DNA of 43,969 nt from Bacteroidia bacterium (GTDB lineage: Bacteria; Bacteroidota; Bacteroidia; UBA10329). Positions 27,400-37,955 of the stretch are shown piece by piece. The notes under the pieces were generated by a model. That model did not search any database. It was not told the DNA's origin and worked only from the letters and a program-made list of their open reading frames with translations. The number at the start of each line of letters is the position of its first letter. Positions within the stretch are counted from its first letter, which is position 1. Location: the NCBI GenBank assembly GCA_047611425.1, contig JBLFWJ010000003.1:1-43969 (forward strand). Direction: 5' to 3'. A program made the position numbers and the translations under genes.

Positions 27400-28980
27400 A
27401 TGATCAGACTTTACTTGACCTTGTTTGCTTTGTGTTTCGGACTGACCGCCTTTGGTCAATCTGGCTTGGTCAATAGTTCCCCTGTTGTTGTCTCTGAATT
27501 TGACGGAAAAGCTTCCGAAGACCTTATTCTTCTACCCATGAACTTTGACAGTGACGTTTGGCTCCAAAACGTCAAAGTCGCATTGAAGGACAAACAAGTA
27601 TTGATTGTATCGTTGGTCTATACGCGGTTCCGGACCAGTGCGACCTTCGATCAGGTTTCATTAAATCGCTCTAGATTAAAGGAGTTTCAAGATTTACTTC
27701 CGGATCTTTTCTCAGATAGGACCATCCTATGGAGATTAGTTGAACAAACCAACGGAAACATCAGGCCAGAAGCTCAAAAACTGTTTCATGGGTTTGCAAT
27801 TAATGTCCGTCCAAAACCAACCAGTGAATCCAGAAAAGCTGAATTGAAAGAACTCGAGAATCTGAAGAAATTGCTGAGTGATCCTGATGTGAGTGATGCT
27901 GAAATTGCAAAGGCAATTGATGCTGAAGCCTCGGTTGGGGACTCTGCATTTTCAGGCGAAAAGGCGTACTATTTCATGGCAGAAGGTGTCTATCGAACCT
28001 TTGATCGACCGGCCGCTTTCATTGGAGGAAACGAGGCATTGCATCATCATTTGGCCAGTAATCTTACTTACCCCATCAAAGCCCAGGCTGACAGCGTTGA
28101 GGGTACCGTAATTCTTTCTTTTGATGTTGCTCCAGATGGAAATATTGAAGGCCTCAGAACTGTTGCTACCGTTTCTTCTGAACTGGATTCAGAAGCCATT
28201 CGGGTGATGAAGAAATCACCAAAGTGGTTTCCGGCTTTATTCAACGGTGTTCCTATTGCAAGCAGCTATACCATTCCAATAGTTTTCGATTTAGACGGAG
28301 ATGGAAAGGCTGAAACTGGTAAGATAAAATCAGTTAGTTCAGAGTTTATTCCTTTCGGAAAAGACAAAACCGTTACAGCCGTTTTAGACCGAAATGATTG
28401 GGGCAAAATGGCGATTGTTTCTGATGTTACCGGAAGCATGTCTCCCTACACATCACAGCTTTTGGCTTGGTTTCGGGCAAATGCTTCAAATCCTAATATT
28501 CATTCGTTCACCTTCTTTAATGATGGGGATGAAAAGAATGACAATCGTAAAAAGATTGGAATTACGGGTGGTATTTATCATACTCGAAGCAACGGTCTCG
28601 ATACGGTTTTCGACCTGATCACTCAGGCAATGAATAATGGAAACGGTGGCGATATACCTGAGAATAATCTAGAAGCTGCATTGTCTGCACAAGACGATTG
28701 CCCCGATTGTGACATCATTCTTATCTCCGACAACTTTGCCACACCTCGCGATTTGAAATTGTTTGATCAGATTAAAAGCCCACTACGGATTATACCGTGC
28801 GGAGCCCATTTGGGCCTGAATCTAAATTACCTCATGCTGGCTTATCAATGCAACGGCTCGCTTCATTCTTTGGATGGTGACATAACTGGCTTTGACCAAA
28901 TGAAGGAACGTGAAATCGTTTCGGTCGGAAGTGATCAATACCAATTACTAAATGGTCGATTCATTCGAATTGGAAGGTAA
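27400..28980 (+). CDS. Secreted protein with an internal TonB C-terminal domain and a C-terminal vWA-like domain
   Basis: Signal AFG-Q; F.GG...L..NLTYP..A....VEGTV..SFDV..DG...LDSEAIRV....PKW.PA..NG; MIDAS-like DVTGSM, GGDIPEN and LISDN. Confidence 0.7.
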   Translation: MIRLYLTLFALCFGLTAFGQSGLVNSSPVVVSEFDGKASEDLILLPMNFDSDVWLQNVKVALKDKQVLIVSLVYTRFRTSATFDQVSLNRSRLKEFQDLLPDLFSDRTILWRLVEQTNGNIRPEAQKLFHGFAINVRPKPTSESRKAELKELENLKKLLSDPDVSDAEIAKAIDAEASVGDSAFSGEKAYYFMAEGVYRTFDRPAAFIGGNEALHHHLASNLTYPIKAQADSVEGTVILSFDVAPDGNIEGLRTVATVSSELDSEAIRVMKKSPKWFPALFNGVPIASSYTIPIVFDLDGDGKAETGKIKSVSSEFIPFGKDKTVTAVLDRNDWGKMAIVSDVTGSMSPYTSQLLAWFRANASNPNIHSFTFFNDGDEKNDNRKKIGITGGIYHTRSNGLDTVFDLITQAMNNGNGGDIPENNLEAALSAQDDCPDCDIILISDNFATPRDLKLFDQIKSPLRIIPCGAHLGLNLNYLMLAYQCNGSLHSLDGDITGFDQMKEREIVSVGSDQYQLLNGRFIRIGR

Positions 28981-29026
28981 TCCAAATCGTCTCTTTTAGT
29001 CGCCAACTCTTTAACATCTTTACCAA

Positions 29027-30619
29027 ATGCTTAAAAAGTGGCTTCTCCGACTTTCACCTCTTCTCATTCTATCGATCATTGGGTTTTGGCCTTTGTCAGA
29101 TGCCGATTTAAAAATTGAATTTGACCAAGAAGCAATTGATAAGAAGCATGACTTTCTTGCTAAGTTGGAATTGGATTCGTCTGTTTCGCGGCCGAACATA
29201 TTACTAATCATGGCCGATGATTTGGGAAAAACCGACATCAGCCTTTATGGTGAACCTCCGATCCAGACGCCAAACATTGATGCCATTGGATTGAATGGAG
29301 TCACCTTCACAGATGGCTATATCACTTCTCCCATTTGCGCACCTTCCAGAGCTGGGCTCTTAACAGGACGATATCAGCAGCGATTTGGGTTTGAGTATCA
29401 GCCTCATGATCGATACCCAAAAAACCTGATTGAGTTATTGGTTTACAAATACTTCATAGCCACCGGAGATTGGCGCGTGGCAGATCAATACCGATTCCCT
29501 GAGTTTGACGACATTCTCAAAAACGGAATGCCGCCATCCGAATTGATGATTTCAGAACTTCTGAACGCGGTTGGTTATGCCACGGGCATTGTTGGAAAAT
29601 GGCATTTAGGAGCGGGTGATCACGCCTTGCCAATTAACCGAGGATTCGATTATCAATATGGTTTCTATGAGGCATACTCGCTCTATATGGCCGACACTTC
29701 AAATCCATCGGTAATCAATCAAAGACATAATGATTTTTCAGATCCATTTATTTGGGAAAAAGGCCGTTCTGGCAATTGCGCCATCCGCAGAAACCATGAT
29801 GTAATTGAAGAGGAATTCTACTTGACGGATCGGATTGCCGAAGAAGCCAACGATTTTATGGAACAACATAAAGACGAGCCGTTCTTTCTCTACGTCCCAT
29901 TCTTGGCACCACACACTCCATTTCAGGCAACCAAATCTTACTTCGATAAACTGGATCATATTAAAGATCGGAACAAGCGGGTTTACAATGCAATGATCTG
30001 GCAACTGGATGATGCCGTTGGATCGATCATACAAAAACTAGAAGAGCTTGATCTTGAAGAAAACACGTTGGTCATTTTCATGAGTGACAATGGTGGGGCT
30101 ACTTATACACACGCAACGGACAATGCACCATTGAAAGGAGGCAAGTTCACCAACTTTGAAGGTGGCCTAAACATTCCATTTATGATGAGTTGGAAAGGGC
30201 AGATTGACAGCAGAACCGTAAGCCATAACCCTGTAATCTCGACCGATGTCTACTCCACGATGACATCACTTCTAGGAATCACTGGATTCCCAAAGGAATT
30301 GGACGGTCAAGACTTGTTCGAAGCAATGGATTCGATGGAAATTGTACGTGACTTGTTTTGGAGGTCGGGCTACAACAAAGCTGTCAGAAGTGGGAAATGG
30401 AAACTGGTCCGGGATGAACTATCAGACCTGACAGTCTTGTATAATCTTGAGTCGGATAAAAGTGAAACGACAGACTTATCTAAAGAATACCCAGATACAG
30501 TTCAGCATCTTCTTCAACTTCAAAAAGAGTGGGAAAAAGGAACGGTTAATCCGGCTTGGCCAAGGGTAATGGACTTCACTTTTCATGCTGAAGATGGAGA
30601 CTTTCGGTTTCCGCTTTGA
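29027..30619 (+). CDS. Formylglycine-dependent (S1) sulfatase
   Basis: PNILLIMADDLG, CAPSRAGLLTGRY (CxPxR), GKWHLG, APHTP, SDNGG, GGK..FEGG and LYNL..D..E. Confidence 0.92.
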   Translation: MLKKWLLRLSPLLILSIIGFWPLSDADLKIEFDQEAIDKKHDFLAKLELDSSVSRPNILLIMADDLGKTDISLYGEPPIQTPNIDAIGLNGVTFTDGYITSPICAPSRAGLLTGRYQQRFGFEYQPHDRYPKNLIELLVYKYFIATGDWRVADQYRFPEFDDILKNGMPPSELMISELLNAVGYATGIVGKWHLGAGDHALPINRGFDYQYGFYEAYSLYMADTSNPSVINQRHNDFSDPFIWEKGRSGNCAIRRNHDVIEEEFYLTDRIAEEANDFMEQHKDEPFFLYVPFLAPHTPFQATKSYFDKLDHIKDRNKRVYNAMIWQLDDAVGSIIQKLEELDLEENTLVIFMSDNGGATYTHATDNAPLKGGKFTNFEGGLNIPFMMSWKGQIDSRTVSHNPVISTDVYSTMTSLLGITGFPKELDGQDLFEAMDSMEIVRDLFWRSGYNKAVRSGKWKLVRDELSDLTVLYNLESDKSETTDLSKEYPDTVQHLLQLQKEWEKGTVNPAWPRVMDFTFHAEDGDFRFPL

Positions 30620-30632
30620 TTTATCTATCAGA

Positions 30633-31370
30633 TCAATTTGCATCAATCAGATTACCCGACCCGGTCACAGAAACATCCACGCCCGGCTGTCCTTTGTAAT
30701 TGAGGTTTCCTGAACCAGTAATGCTTCCATGAAGGGTATCCACGACATGTACGTTGATGTTTCCTGAACCAGAACCATCCACCGATACATCGCGGGAAAT
30801 TAAATTGAATGCTTGGATATTTCCAGTTCCAGAAACCATATTTGACATAACCATAAGAGTGTCTGGTCCTGTTAAAGAGATGTTTCCTGATCCCGTGATT
30901 TGCAAATCCATCGAATCAGAATAAACTTGTTGCAATTCTACTCCTCCACTGCCTGCAACGTTGATTGATAAGTTTGGTGCACGAAGTGAGTCCAGTGCTT
31001 TAACCGTACCTGAACTTCTTAGATCGATACTTTTGAAATCCTCCGTGGTTATGATATAAAGCTTGAATTCGCCAATGTGTTCCACGCAATCTTCGGTAAA
31101 ATCCATGATTAGTACACCGTTTGTTATGTGAAACTGCAATACTTTAAAAAGCTCCTCATCCGAACGCAAAACAACACTCTGGCTATCGCCTTGAGCAAGA
31201 TAAACTGTGCCTTCGCAAAACATTCTCAATCCTGAAATGGCGCCAATACTATACGGCCGATCAACTACATCACCTGTAACGCTGAAACAGGAGATATCAT
31301 CACAACCGGTACTAAACAACATCACTAAAGCAGCTAAAATTGGCAGAATAAGTTTGTAGATGACTTTCAT
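30633..31370 (-). CDS. DUF2807 / head GIN-domain lipoprotein
   Basis: Lipobox STGC; repeated (I/V)xGSGx(I/V) beta-helix units; YKGQP...V.GSG end. Start at ATG 31370. Confidence 0.85.
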   Translation of the reverse strand: MKVIYKLILPILAALVMLFSTGCDDISCFSVTGDVVDRPYSIGAISGLRMFCEGTVYLAQGDSQSVVLRSDEELFKVLQFHITNGVLIMDFTEDCVEHIGEFKLYIITTEDFKSIDLRSSGTVKALDSLRAPNLSINVAGSGGVELQQVYSDSMDLQITGSGNISLTGPDTLMVMSNMVSGTGNIQAFNLISRDVSVDGSGSGNINVHVVDTLHGSITGSGNLNYKGQPGVDVSVTGSGNLIDAN

Positions 31371-31372
31371 AA

Positions 31373-31708
31373 TTATTGAATTACATGTCGGCAATTTCTT
31401 CCCTTGGTATCTAGCATTACAGATAACCTACCTGTGGTTCCTCGGAACTCTTGTAAAGGTATTCGTAATTCAGCATACTCCGGATGCCTGAGAACTACGT
31501 AACCAAAAACCTCTTCGAAAGAATCTTCCAATTCGATTTTAAAATCGCCTGACTCGCTGGTTGTGGCCTTCTTATCAAAGCCAGAAACCGAAATCTCAGT
31601 TCCTCTGACTGGCTGCCCCAGAAGATTCATTACCACCCCTCTAATTTCCTGTCCTTGTGCGGTAAATCCAACCATCAAGAAAAAAAAGACTGTCCAGATT
31701 TTTCTCAT
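31373..31708 (-). CDS. Small secreted protein, carboxypeptidase-regulatory-like fold
   Basis: Signal AQG-Q; IRGVV....GQPV.G..ISV......TT..SGDF.I. Stop is coupled between its two neighbours. Confidence 0.6.
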   Translation of the reverse strand: MRKIWTVFFFLMVGFTAQGQEIRGVVMNLLGQPVRGTEISVSGFDKKATTSESGDFKIELEDSFEEVFGYVVLRHPEYAELRIPLQEFRGTTGRLSVMLDTKGRNCRHVIQ

Positions 31709-33729
31709 TGGCTAAGTATCACAAATTCAGTTCTACGATTTTTTGCTCTGCCAGACTTTGTAGAGTTATCTCCAAGCGGTTTATTTTCCCCAAAACCATT
31801 ATGAGTTAGTCTTGAAGCAGGTATTCCAGAATCCATTAAGAAACGATATACAGATCGAGCTCTATTTTTAGATAACGTCAAGTTCTTGTTGTCATCTCCT
31901 GTACTGTCCGTATGTCCGTGAATTCCAACTTTCAACGTTTTATTGACTTTAAGAAACCTGACAAATTCTACCAAAATAGGTTTCGCCTTCGGATTTAGGT
32001 CGAATGAGTCTGAAGCGAAATTAATGTTATGTAGCCGATGCGTTGAGCCAATCTCCATCTTTTTCACCTCCACATCTTCGGTAACAATTTTATTTAAAGC
32101 CGTATCCTCAACCGACAAATAGCGAGAATTGAACCCTGTTCCCTTCTTGTCAACAGACATAATCATGTCATCGGTAAAATTGACAACCGCAACATACTTT
32201 CCAGTAATGGAATCAACCTGAATCTGCGTTACCTCCTTCGTTTCCATGTTCCGGAATTCAATCTTGGCGTCCGTAACCGGCCTCTTCTTTTCATCCAAAA
32301 GTTGCCCTTTCATAAAGAGTACCTTTTCTGGTCGGGCTTCTTTGTACAAGGGAAAACTGAACAGATCCCAACCTCCTACTCCGTCTCTTCTTTCATTGGA
32401 ATTGAAATAAGCCGTTTTGCCATTAGTGCTCACAAAAAAGCCAACATCATCATGTTCTGTATTGATCGGATATCCAATGTTTTTAGGTGTTGTCCAATTA
32501 CCGGCACTATCTTGTCTAACGTAATAAATGTCGAATTCACCCACACCCAAATGCCCGTCAGAACTAAAGTACAGCGTATGACTGTCCTCGTGAATGAAAG
32601 GAGATTTCTCGTTGCCTTTGGTGTTTATTTGAGTTCCAAGATTCACTGCTTTGCCCCATTTTCCGTCTTCCCGTTTGTGTGAAACATATAGATCCATATC
32701 GTTGATTGAACCGATAGAATCTTCACGGATACTCACGAAATACAAGGTCTTTCCGTCAGGCGTGATAGTAGGTTGCCCTTCAAAGGAATTCTTTTGATTC
32801 ACACTATCTCCAACATTCTTTGGCTCAGACCACATATGGAATTGGTCTTTGAAACTCATGAAAATGTCGCAATTCTTGTAGCCCTGAGCATCCACCTCAC
32901 AGATGGTTAAGTACATCCTCCGGTTATCGACAGTGAGGGTGGCACTGCCCACATTTTCAGAAAGATTAAAGGGTTTCATCATTGGCTTACCACCATGAAA
33001 CTTCCCATCAGCCATTCGCTTGCTTCTTGTGAACTCTTCCACCTGTCTTGGTGTCAGATCATTCTTGGCCTTCTTCTCTAGACTCCGGATGTACAAGCAA
33101 TAAACATCATCGGGAGAAATGATGGCCAAGTATTCACTCTTCTTAGAAGAAACGCCTTCTACAACCTTGGGCTCAAATGGTACAGGTTTTTCGTAAATGT
33201 CCTTGTAGTATTCGGCATTTTTCATCAAAGTCTCCGCCTCGTCATACTTCTCTGTGTAATCCTTTGGATACATCCGATCATCGGCATATTCCAACTCCAT
33301 AAACTGCTTGAAGTATGCGAGTGCCTTGGTCATTTGCTTTTCTCCCATCGACAGTTTGGCCAGATAGAAGAACGTATAAGGATGGTACTCTGGGCAGAGT
33401 TCAGCCACCTTTTCAAGCTTGTTCTTAGCCCAGCCTAACTTAGCTCTTGGGTCACGCTCGGCTTTTCTTAGTTGAGAATATGTTTTTAGGAAAATGGCAC
33501 CATGATGATCTGGTTCCTCCTCTAAGATCTTCTTGCAAAGCTCATTTCTAACCGATGGTTTGCGTTCCACTTTTGCCTGTTCCCATAGCTTGTTAATCTT
33601 TTTGTTGCCAGGCATTTCGCAGGCATCCGGATTCTGGGAAAAAGTGAATAGCGAACAGTGAATAGCGAACAATACAAGAACCAGCCTTCCCAACGTGTAA
33701 AATTTAAACCTAGAACTTAGAACTATCAA
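31705..33729 (-). CDS. OmpA-family peptidoglycan-binding protein with TPR and PD40 repeats (PorE-like architecture)
   Basis: TPR-like N-terminus; PTITPDGKTLYF, INTKGNEKSPF, LYFSSDGH.G.G..DIY, NIGYPINT; OmpA domain GHTDSTG..N..LS..RA..V and NRRTEF. Start uncertain. Confidence 0.88.
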   Translation of the reverse strand: MIVLSSRFKFYTLGRLVLVLFAIHCSLFTFSQNPDACEMPGNKKINKLWEQAKVERKPSVRNELCKKILEEEPDHHGAIFLKTYSQLRKAERDPRAKLGWAKNKLEKVAELCPEYHPYTFFYLAKLSMGEKQMTKALAYFKQFMELEYADDRMYPKDYTEKYDEAETLMKNAEYYKDIYEKPVPFEPKVVEGVSSKKSEYLAIISPDDVYCLYIRSLEKKAKNDLTPRQVEEFTRSKRMADGKFHGGKPMMKPFNLSENVGSATLTVDNRRMYLTICEVDAQGYKNCDIFMSFKDQFHMWSEPKNVGDSVNQKNSFEGQPTITPDGKTLYFVSIREDSIGSINDMDLYVSHKREDGKWGKAVNLGTQINTKGNEKSPFIHEDSHTLYFSSDGHLGVGEFDIYYVRQDSAGNWTTPKNIGYPINTEHDDVGFFVSTNGKTAYFNSNERRDGVGGWDLFSFPLYKEARPEKVLFMKGQLLDEKKRPVTDAKIEFRNMETKEVTQIQVDSITGKYVAVVNFTDDMIMSVDKKGTGFNSRYLSVEDTALNKIVTEDVEVKKMEIGSTHRLHNINFASDSFDLNPKAKPILVEFVRFLKVNKTLKVGIHGHTDSTGDDNKNLTLSKNRARSVYRFLMDSGIPASRLTHNGFGENKPLGDNSTKSGRAKNRRTEFVILSQ

Positions 33730-33773
33730 CCTCAGTGTTTTTACTCTTAACTAGTAACCAGAAACTCGTAACT
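33643..33773. repeat. Heptamer-based tandem repeats
   Basis: AGTGAATAGCGAAC x2 at 33643-33670; TAGAACT x2 at 33711-33724; CTTAACT-AGTAACC-AGAAACT-CGTAACT at 33746-33773. Confidence 0.7.
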
Positions 33774-36463
33774 CATTTTGGTTTCCCAAACAATCCGTTC
33801 AACAATTTTCCTGCCTCTTCTTCCACTTTCTTCTCGGCTTCCTTTTGCAAACGAGCCGCTTCTTCTCTTGCTTTCTTTTCCAATTCTGCTTGTTGTTTTT
33901 TCAATTCAGCCTCGGCTTGCTGCTGAAGTTTAGCAGCTTCATCTCTCGCTAAGTTTTCTAACGCTTCTTGTTGCTTTTTTAGCTCAGCTGCTGCCTGAGC
34001 TTTTAGGTCGACTCCTGCACCTCCACCTGAACTTCCTCCAAATCGTGGAGTAATCTTGGGCTTGTCGGTTGTTCCAGTAATCACCAAATCCACCTTGATT
34101 TCATCGCCCACAGATACGTTGGCTCCCAAACCATTAACGGCCGAGGTTAAGGTTCCCATCAAAGCATTTACCTGAGCCCCTAATATGGCAGTTGGAACCT
34201 TTGTGGCCATTACATAATCCATCGTTCCATCAAATCCATGTGATCCAAAAATGTTTGCTGCAACAGGGCCAACCTTAGTATCGAACGGTTGAACGTGCAC
34301 TCGTCCATTGATGAACTTAAAACTCAGGTTTACATTCTTCACCTCCGGATCTTTCAATGCATTGATTTTAAGCACTTCACCAATCTTATTGAAGGACTCG
34401 GCCCCAACCAGTTTCAAGCTATTACTGGTGAGGTTTCCGCCTCCATTCAAGGAGTTATAAATCGGCTCCATATCTCCGCCTAACTTTCCTTTTAGGTTGA
34501 AATTGACTGATGCTCTTCCGTCAGTACGCTCCGCAATTGGTGCGATTTTCTTCATTGACTCAAACTTTGTGTAAGCCTCTTTCAGAGAAACGTTCTTAAA
34601 GTCCAAGTTCATATCAACCTTCGGGTCGTTGATGTCGCGTGAATCGTATGATCCACTTAACGCCAAAGATCCACTCAACACATTCATGTTCAGGTTACTT
34701 AGATCGGCCTTTCCATTTTTCAGAATAATCAATCCTTTAACATTGGTGATGTCAAGATTGTCATAAAGTACTTTGGTAAATGAAGAGGTCAATCGAACAT
34801 CCAAATTCTTTGGTATTTCAATTACGCCAGATGATGGTTCTCCACTTCCTTCTCCACTACTTTCTCCAGAGCCACCTTCTTCAGGTTCTTCTGAGTCCGA
34901 AACAAACATGTTCAAATCCATCAATGTAGAACTGATATCAAACCTTCCTTTTAGGTTATCATCACTCATTACATAACCGATATAATTATCGATTCGTCCA
35001 GATGCTTTCAAATCACTTTCACCGATTTTGCCATCAAACGATGCCAACTCCAAATAAGCAGGATTGAACTTGAACTGACCGTACTTAACAGAAACCGGAG
35101 CAGGAAGGCTGTCCGAATTGTAGACAATATCCATGGCAATCAATTCGCCTTTCGCATCCACTTTACTAAATCGCTTTTTCTCGATATCTGAGTTTCTTGC
35201 CTTAACTGAGAAATCAGAAATCAGTGTTCCGGTCAATTGGTCCCCTGCTCCCATTGGAATGGCATCGGCCAAACTTGCTAGGTCAATCTTACCATTGAAA
35301 GATGCGTCCACGTTAGGGTCACTAACTGGTGAGCTTACTTTGGCCCGCATATCAAATGGATTACCAGCTAGCTCTACATGCAATTTTGAAAGGTCGATCA
35401 ACGTAAGGTCTGCATCGCCTCCAGGGTTTTTCACGTTCAGATCGACCTGAATATTACTAAGTGATTTAGGAAGGTCAGGATACTGGAAGGTTGCATTGGC
35501 AACATTGACATCCACATTGAATCCCGGGATGGTTCCTTCGTTGTAAACACCTTTGGTATAGCCATCAACAGTAAGTGTACCGGTGGTTTTAATGTCTTCA
35601 AAATCTTTGGAATATACTGCCGGAATCAAAGAAAGAATTTCCTTAAAATCGGCTTGAGGAGCGGAAAAAGTCAAATCCATTTCAACGTCATCATCATTCG
35701 GCATGCTCACTACACCATCAAACAAAAGGTGCAGTCCATTTATTCTGAAATCGTTCTCCTTTAGTTGATAAGCACTGTTTGCTAGATCGGCATCTATGCC
35801 AGCATCAAGGGCCAATTCAGCGTTGTTTAGGTAAGCCACTTTTCCTGATACCAGTCTTACTTCCTCCATCAACACATTTGTATTGATTACCGTTCTGTCG
35901 GCAGAAAGATCTCCACTTAGGTCTACGTTCAACGCGGAGGTGCTGAATTCCAAACCTCCTTTTTCATCAGCGTAACTGATGGCCACATTCTCAATTCCAA
36001 AGTGATCCACAATCAAATTGAATCCCCCTGAGGAAGCTTCTGTTGCTGTGGTATCCAAAGCTCCTTCGCTCGGAATAGTAATGTCATAGTTGGCCGCCCC
36101 ATCCTTCATCACCTTCACATCCACCTTGCCATCAACAAGCGTGATGCTATTCACTTTTGGTGATCCGTTGAATGCACTCATTAGATCAACATCCAACGCA
36201 AGCGCGCTTAAACTGACCAAAGTATCGCCAGCAAATGGTTCATTATTGATGATTGTAAGATCTGCCAGACCAACGTACAGGTCTGGAAAACTCCAAATGA
36301 TAGATATCTCTACACCAGAGAAATCAAGTGTAGCATTCAGGTTTTTGTTGGTTTCTTCTTTGACCGCTTTTGTAATTGGTTCTTCTAAAACGATTGGAAC
36401 AACGATGGCAGCTACCGCAATCAACACAAGCAGTGCAACGATAACGTAAATGAGTTTTTTCAT
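33773..36463 (-). CDS. AsmA-family (AsmA-like C-terminal region) bridge-like protein
   Basis: Single N-terminal TM anchor, long beta-rich body, GSHGFDG.MDY and GTTDKPKI, C-terminal helical tail. Start at ATG 36463. Confidence 0.85.
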   Translation of the reverse strand: MKKLIYVIVALLVLIAVAAIVVPIVLEEPITKAVKEETNKNLNATLDFSGVEISIIWSFPDLYVGLADLTIINNEPFAGDTLVSLSALALDVDLMSAFNGSPKVNSITLVDGKVDVKVMKDGAANYDITIPSEGALDTTATEASSGGFNLIVDHFGIENVAISYADEKGGLEFSTSALNVDLSGDLSADRTVINTNVLMEEVRLVSGKVAYLNNAELALDAGIDADLANSAYQLKENDFRINGLHLLFDGVVSMPNDDDVEMDLTFSAPQADFKEILSLIPAVYSKDFEDIKTTGTLTVDGYTKGVYNEGTIPGFNVDVNVANATFQYPDLPKSLSNIQVDLNVKNPGGDADLTLIDLSKLHVELAGNPFDMRAKVSSPVSDPNVDASFNGKIDLASLADAIPMGAGDQLTGTLISDFSVKARNSDIEKKRFSKVDAKGELIAMDIVYNSDSLPAPVSVKYGQFKFNPAYLELASFDGKIGESDLKASGRIDNYIGYVMSDDNLKGRFDISSTLMDLNMFVSDSEEPEEGGSGESSGEGSGEPSSGVIEIPKNLDVRLTSSFTKVLYDNLDITNVKGLIILKNGKADLSNLNMNVLSGSLALSGSYDSRDINDPKVDMNLDFKNVSLKEAYTKFESMKKIAPIAERTDGRASVNFNLKGKLGGDMEPIYNSLNGGGNLTSNSLKLVGAESFNKIGEVLKINALKDPEVKNVNLSFKFINGRVHVQPFDTKVGPVAANIFGSHGFDGTMDYVMATKVPTAILGAQVNALMGTLTSAVNGLGANVSVGDEIKVDLVITGTTDKPKITPRFGGSSGGGAGVDLKAQAAAELKKQQEALENLARDEAAKLQQQAEAELKKQQAELEKKAREEAARLQKEAEKKVEEEAGKLLNGLFGKPK

Positions 36464-36530
36464 GGGGATAATTATAAGAAGGCAGGTCAATTGACCTTGT
36501 GATCTTCAACGGTTAAATGTGCGAAAAATT

Positions 36531-37955
36531 TTAGGTGGCTTCAACGTGTTCGTCACCAATTTGATTCTCGCTGGTAGCAATGATTCCAGCGACCATACTA
36601 TCGCCTGTTACGTTGACAACAGTACGGCACATATCAAGGATTCGATCAACAGGAAAGATGATTGCAATCCAAGCTGGATTGAGTCCAACACTTTCAAGAA
36701 CAATGATCAACATTATCAGCCCTGCACTTGGCACTGCTGCTGAGCCAATGGACGCCAAGGTTGCTGTTAGAACGATAATTAACTGCTGAGTAATGGTTAA
36801 GTCAACCATGTGCAATTGGGCAAGAAACACAACAGCTACTGCTTGATAAAAGCTGGTTCCATCCATGTTAACTGTGGCACCGATTGGAAGGACAAAACTT
36901 GTCACTTCCTTAGATACTTTCAGGTTATCTCGAACGCAATCCATCGTAACAGGTAACGTGGCTGCGCTAGAACTGGTTGAAAATGCCAAGAATTGTGCAG
37001 GCGAAATTGCCTTGAAAAACTTGGGATAGTTAATGCCCTTAATGAAGATTGAAGCGAGAGTCGGATAGATTACGAAAATCATTAATCCCAATCCGATAAC
37101 TACAGTTAGACTGTACCAACCCAGCCCTTTAAAAATTTCGATTACCGCTGCTGGGCTATCTCCAGACATCTTAGAAATGACGCCTGCCAAAAGGGCAAAA
37201 ACGAAGAATGGCGCTGCTTTCATCACGATGTCAACCATCTTAAGAAAGATCTCGTTGGCACTGTCAACCAAATCAATCATCGGTTGAGCCACCTTTCGAG
37301 GAATCATCAGAATGGTCAAACCAAAGAAGATTGCGAAGAAGATCACCTGCAACATCAATCCATTATTGTTGAGTGAATTGAATATGTTGCTTGGCACCAT
37401 ATCCACCAAAAACTGAAGTGGACCCGCATCTTTTGTTGATTTGGCGGACTTCATCTTTGCGGCAACTTTTGCATCCATCGGCTCAGCTGCCAAGATGCCT
37501 CTTGCAGTGTTTGCGCGTTCGGCTAATTCTGGTTTACATGTAAAACACTTTCCATCCTTTAACTCAACATCTTCTCGGCTTTCAACCCAGACTTCGTAGG
37601 CTAACCTGTTGTCCGTTCGTTGCTCGTCATCCAGTAAAGTTCCAGGTTGAATGACATTCACTAAAATCAATCCCAACCCAACTGCCGATATCGTGGTAAC
37701 CAGATACATAAAGAGCGTCTTCGCTCCCATCCTACCTAATCTACTCACATCAGACAGACCAGAAATCCCCTTGATTATCGAGAACAACACTAACGGCACT
37801 GCAATCAACTTAAGCAGATTGATGAAGATTTTTCCGAAGGGATCGATCCAATTAATAGTGAATTCACTCCAGCCCAGCCAGCTTGATAACAGGGCGAAAA
37901 TGACTCCTAGTATCAATCCAATAATGATCTGCCAATGCAGTGCTAAATTCTTCAT
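36531..37955 (-). CDS. Dicarboxylate/amino acid:cation symporter (DAACS, GltP-like)
   Basis: Motifs AFSTSSSAATLP, PIGATVNMDG, SIGSAAVP and VDRILDMCRTVVNVTGD. Confidence 0.93.
   Translation of the reverse strand: MKNLALHWQIIIGLILGVIFALLSSWLGWSEFTINWIDPFGKIFINLLKLIAVPLVLFSIIKGISGLSDVSRLGRMGAKTLFMYLVTTISAVGLGLILVNVIQPGTLLDDEQRTDNRLAYEVWVESREDVELKDGKCFTCKPELAERANTARGILAAEPMDAKVAAKMKSAKSTKDAGPLQFLVDMVPSNIFNSLNNNGLMLQVIFFAIFFGLTILMIPRKVAQPMIDLVDSANEIFLKMVDIVMKAAPFFVFALLAGVISKMSGDSPAAVIEIFKGLGWYSLTVVIGLGLMIFVIYPTLASIFIKGINYPKFFKAISPAQFLAFSTSSSAATLPVTMDCVRDNLKVSKEVTSFVLPIGATVNMDGTSFYQAVAVVFLAQLHMVDLTITQQLIIVLTATLASIGSAAVPSAGLIMLIIVLESVGLNPAWIAIIFPVDRILDMCRTVVNVTGDSMVAGIIATSENQIGDEHVEAT

Noticed and set aside
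33780-34010. Repetitive Ala/Glu/Lys/Gln tail of the AsmA protein as a novel repeat
   Set aside because: Helical tails like this are usual in Bacteroidota AsmA-like proteins.
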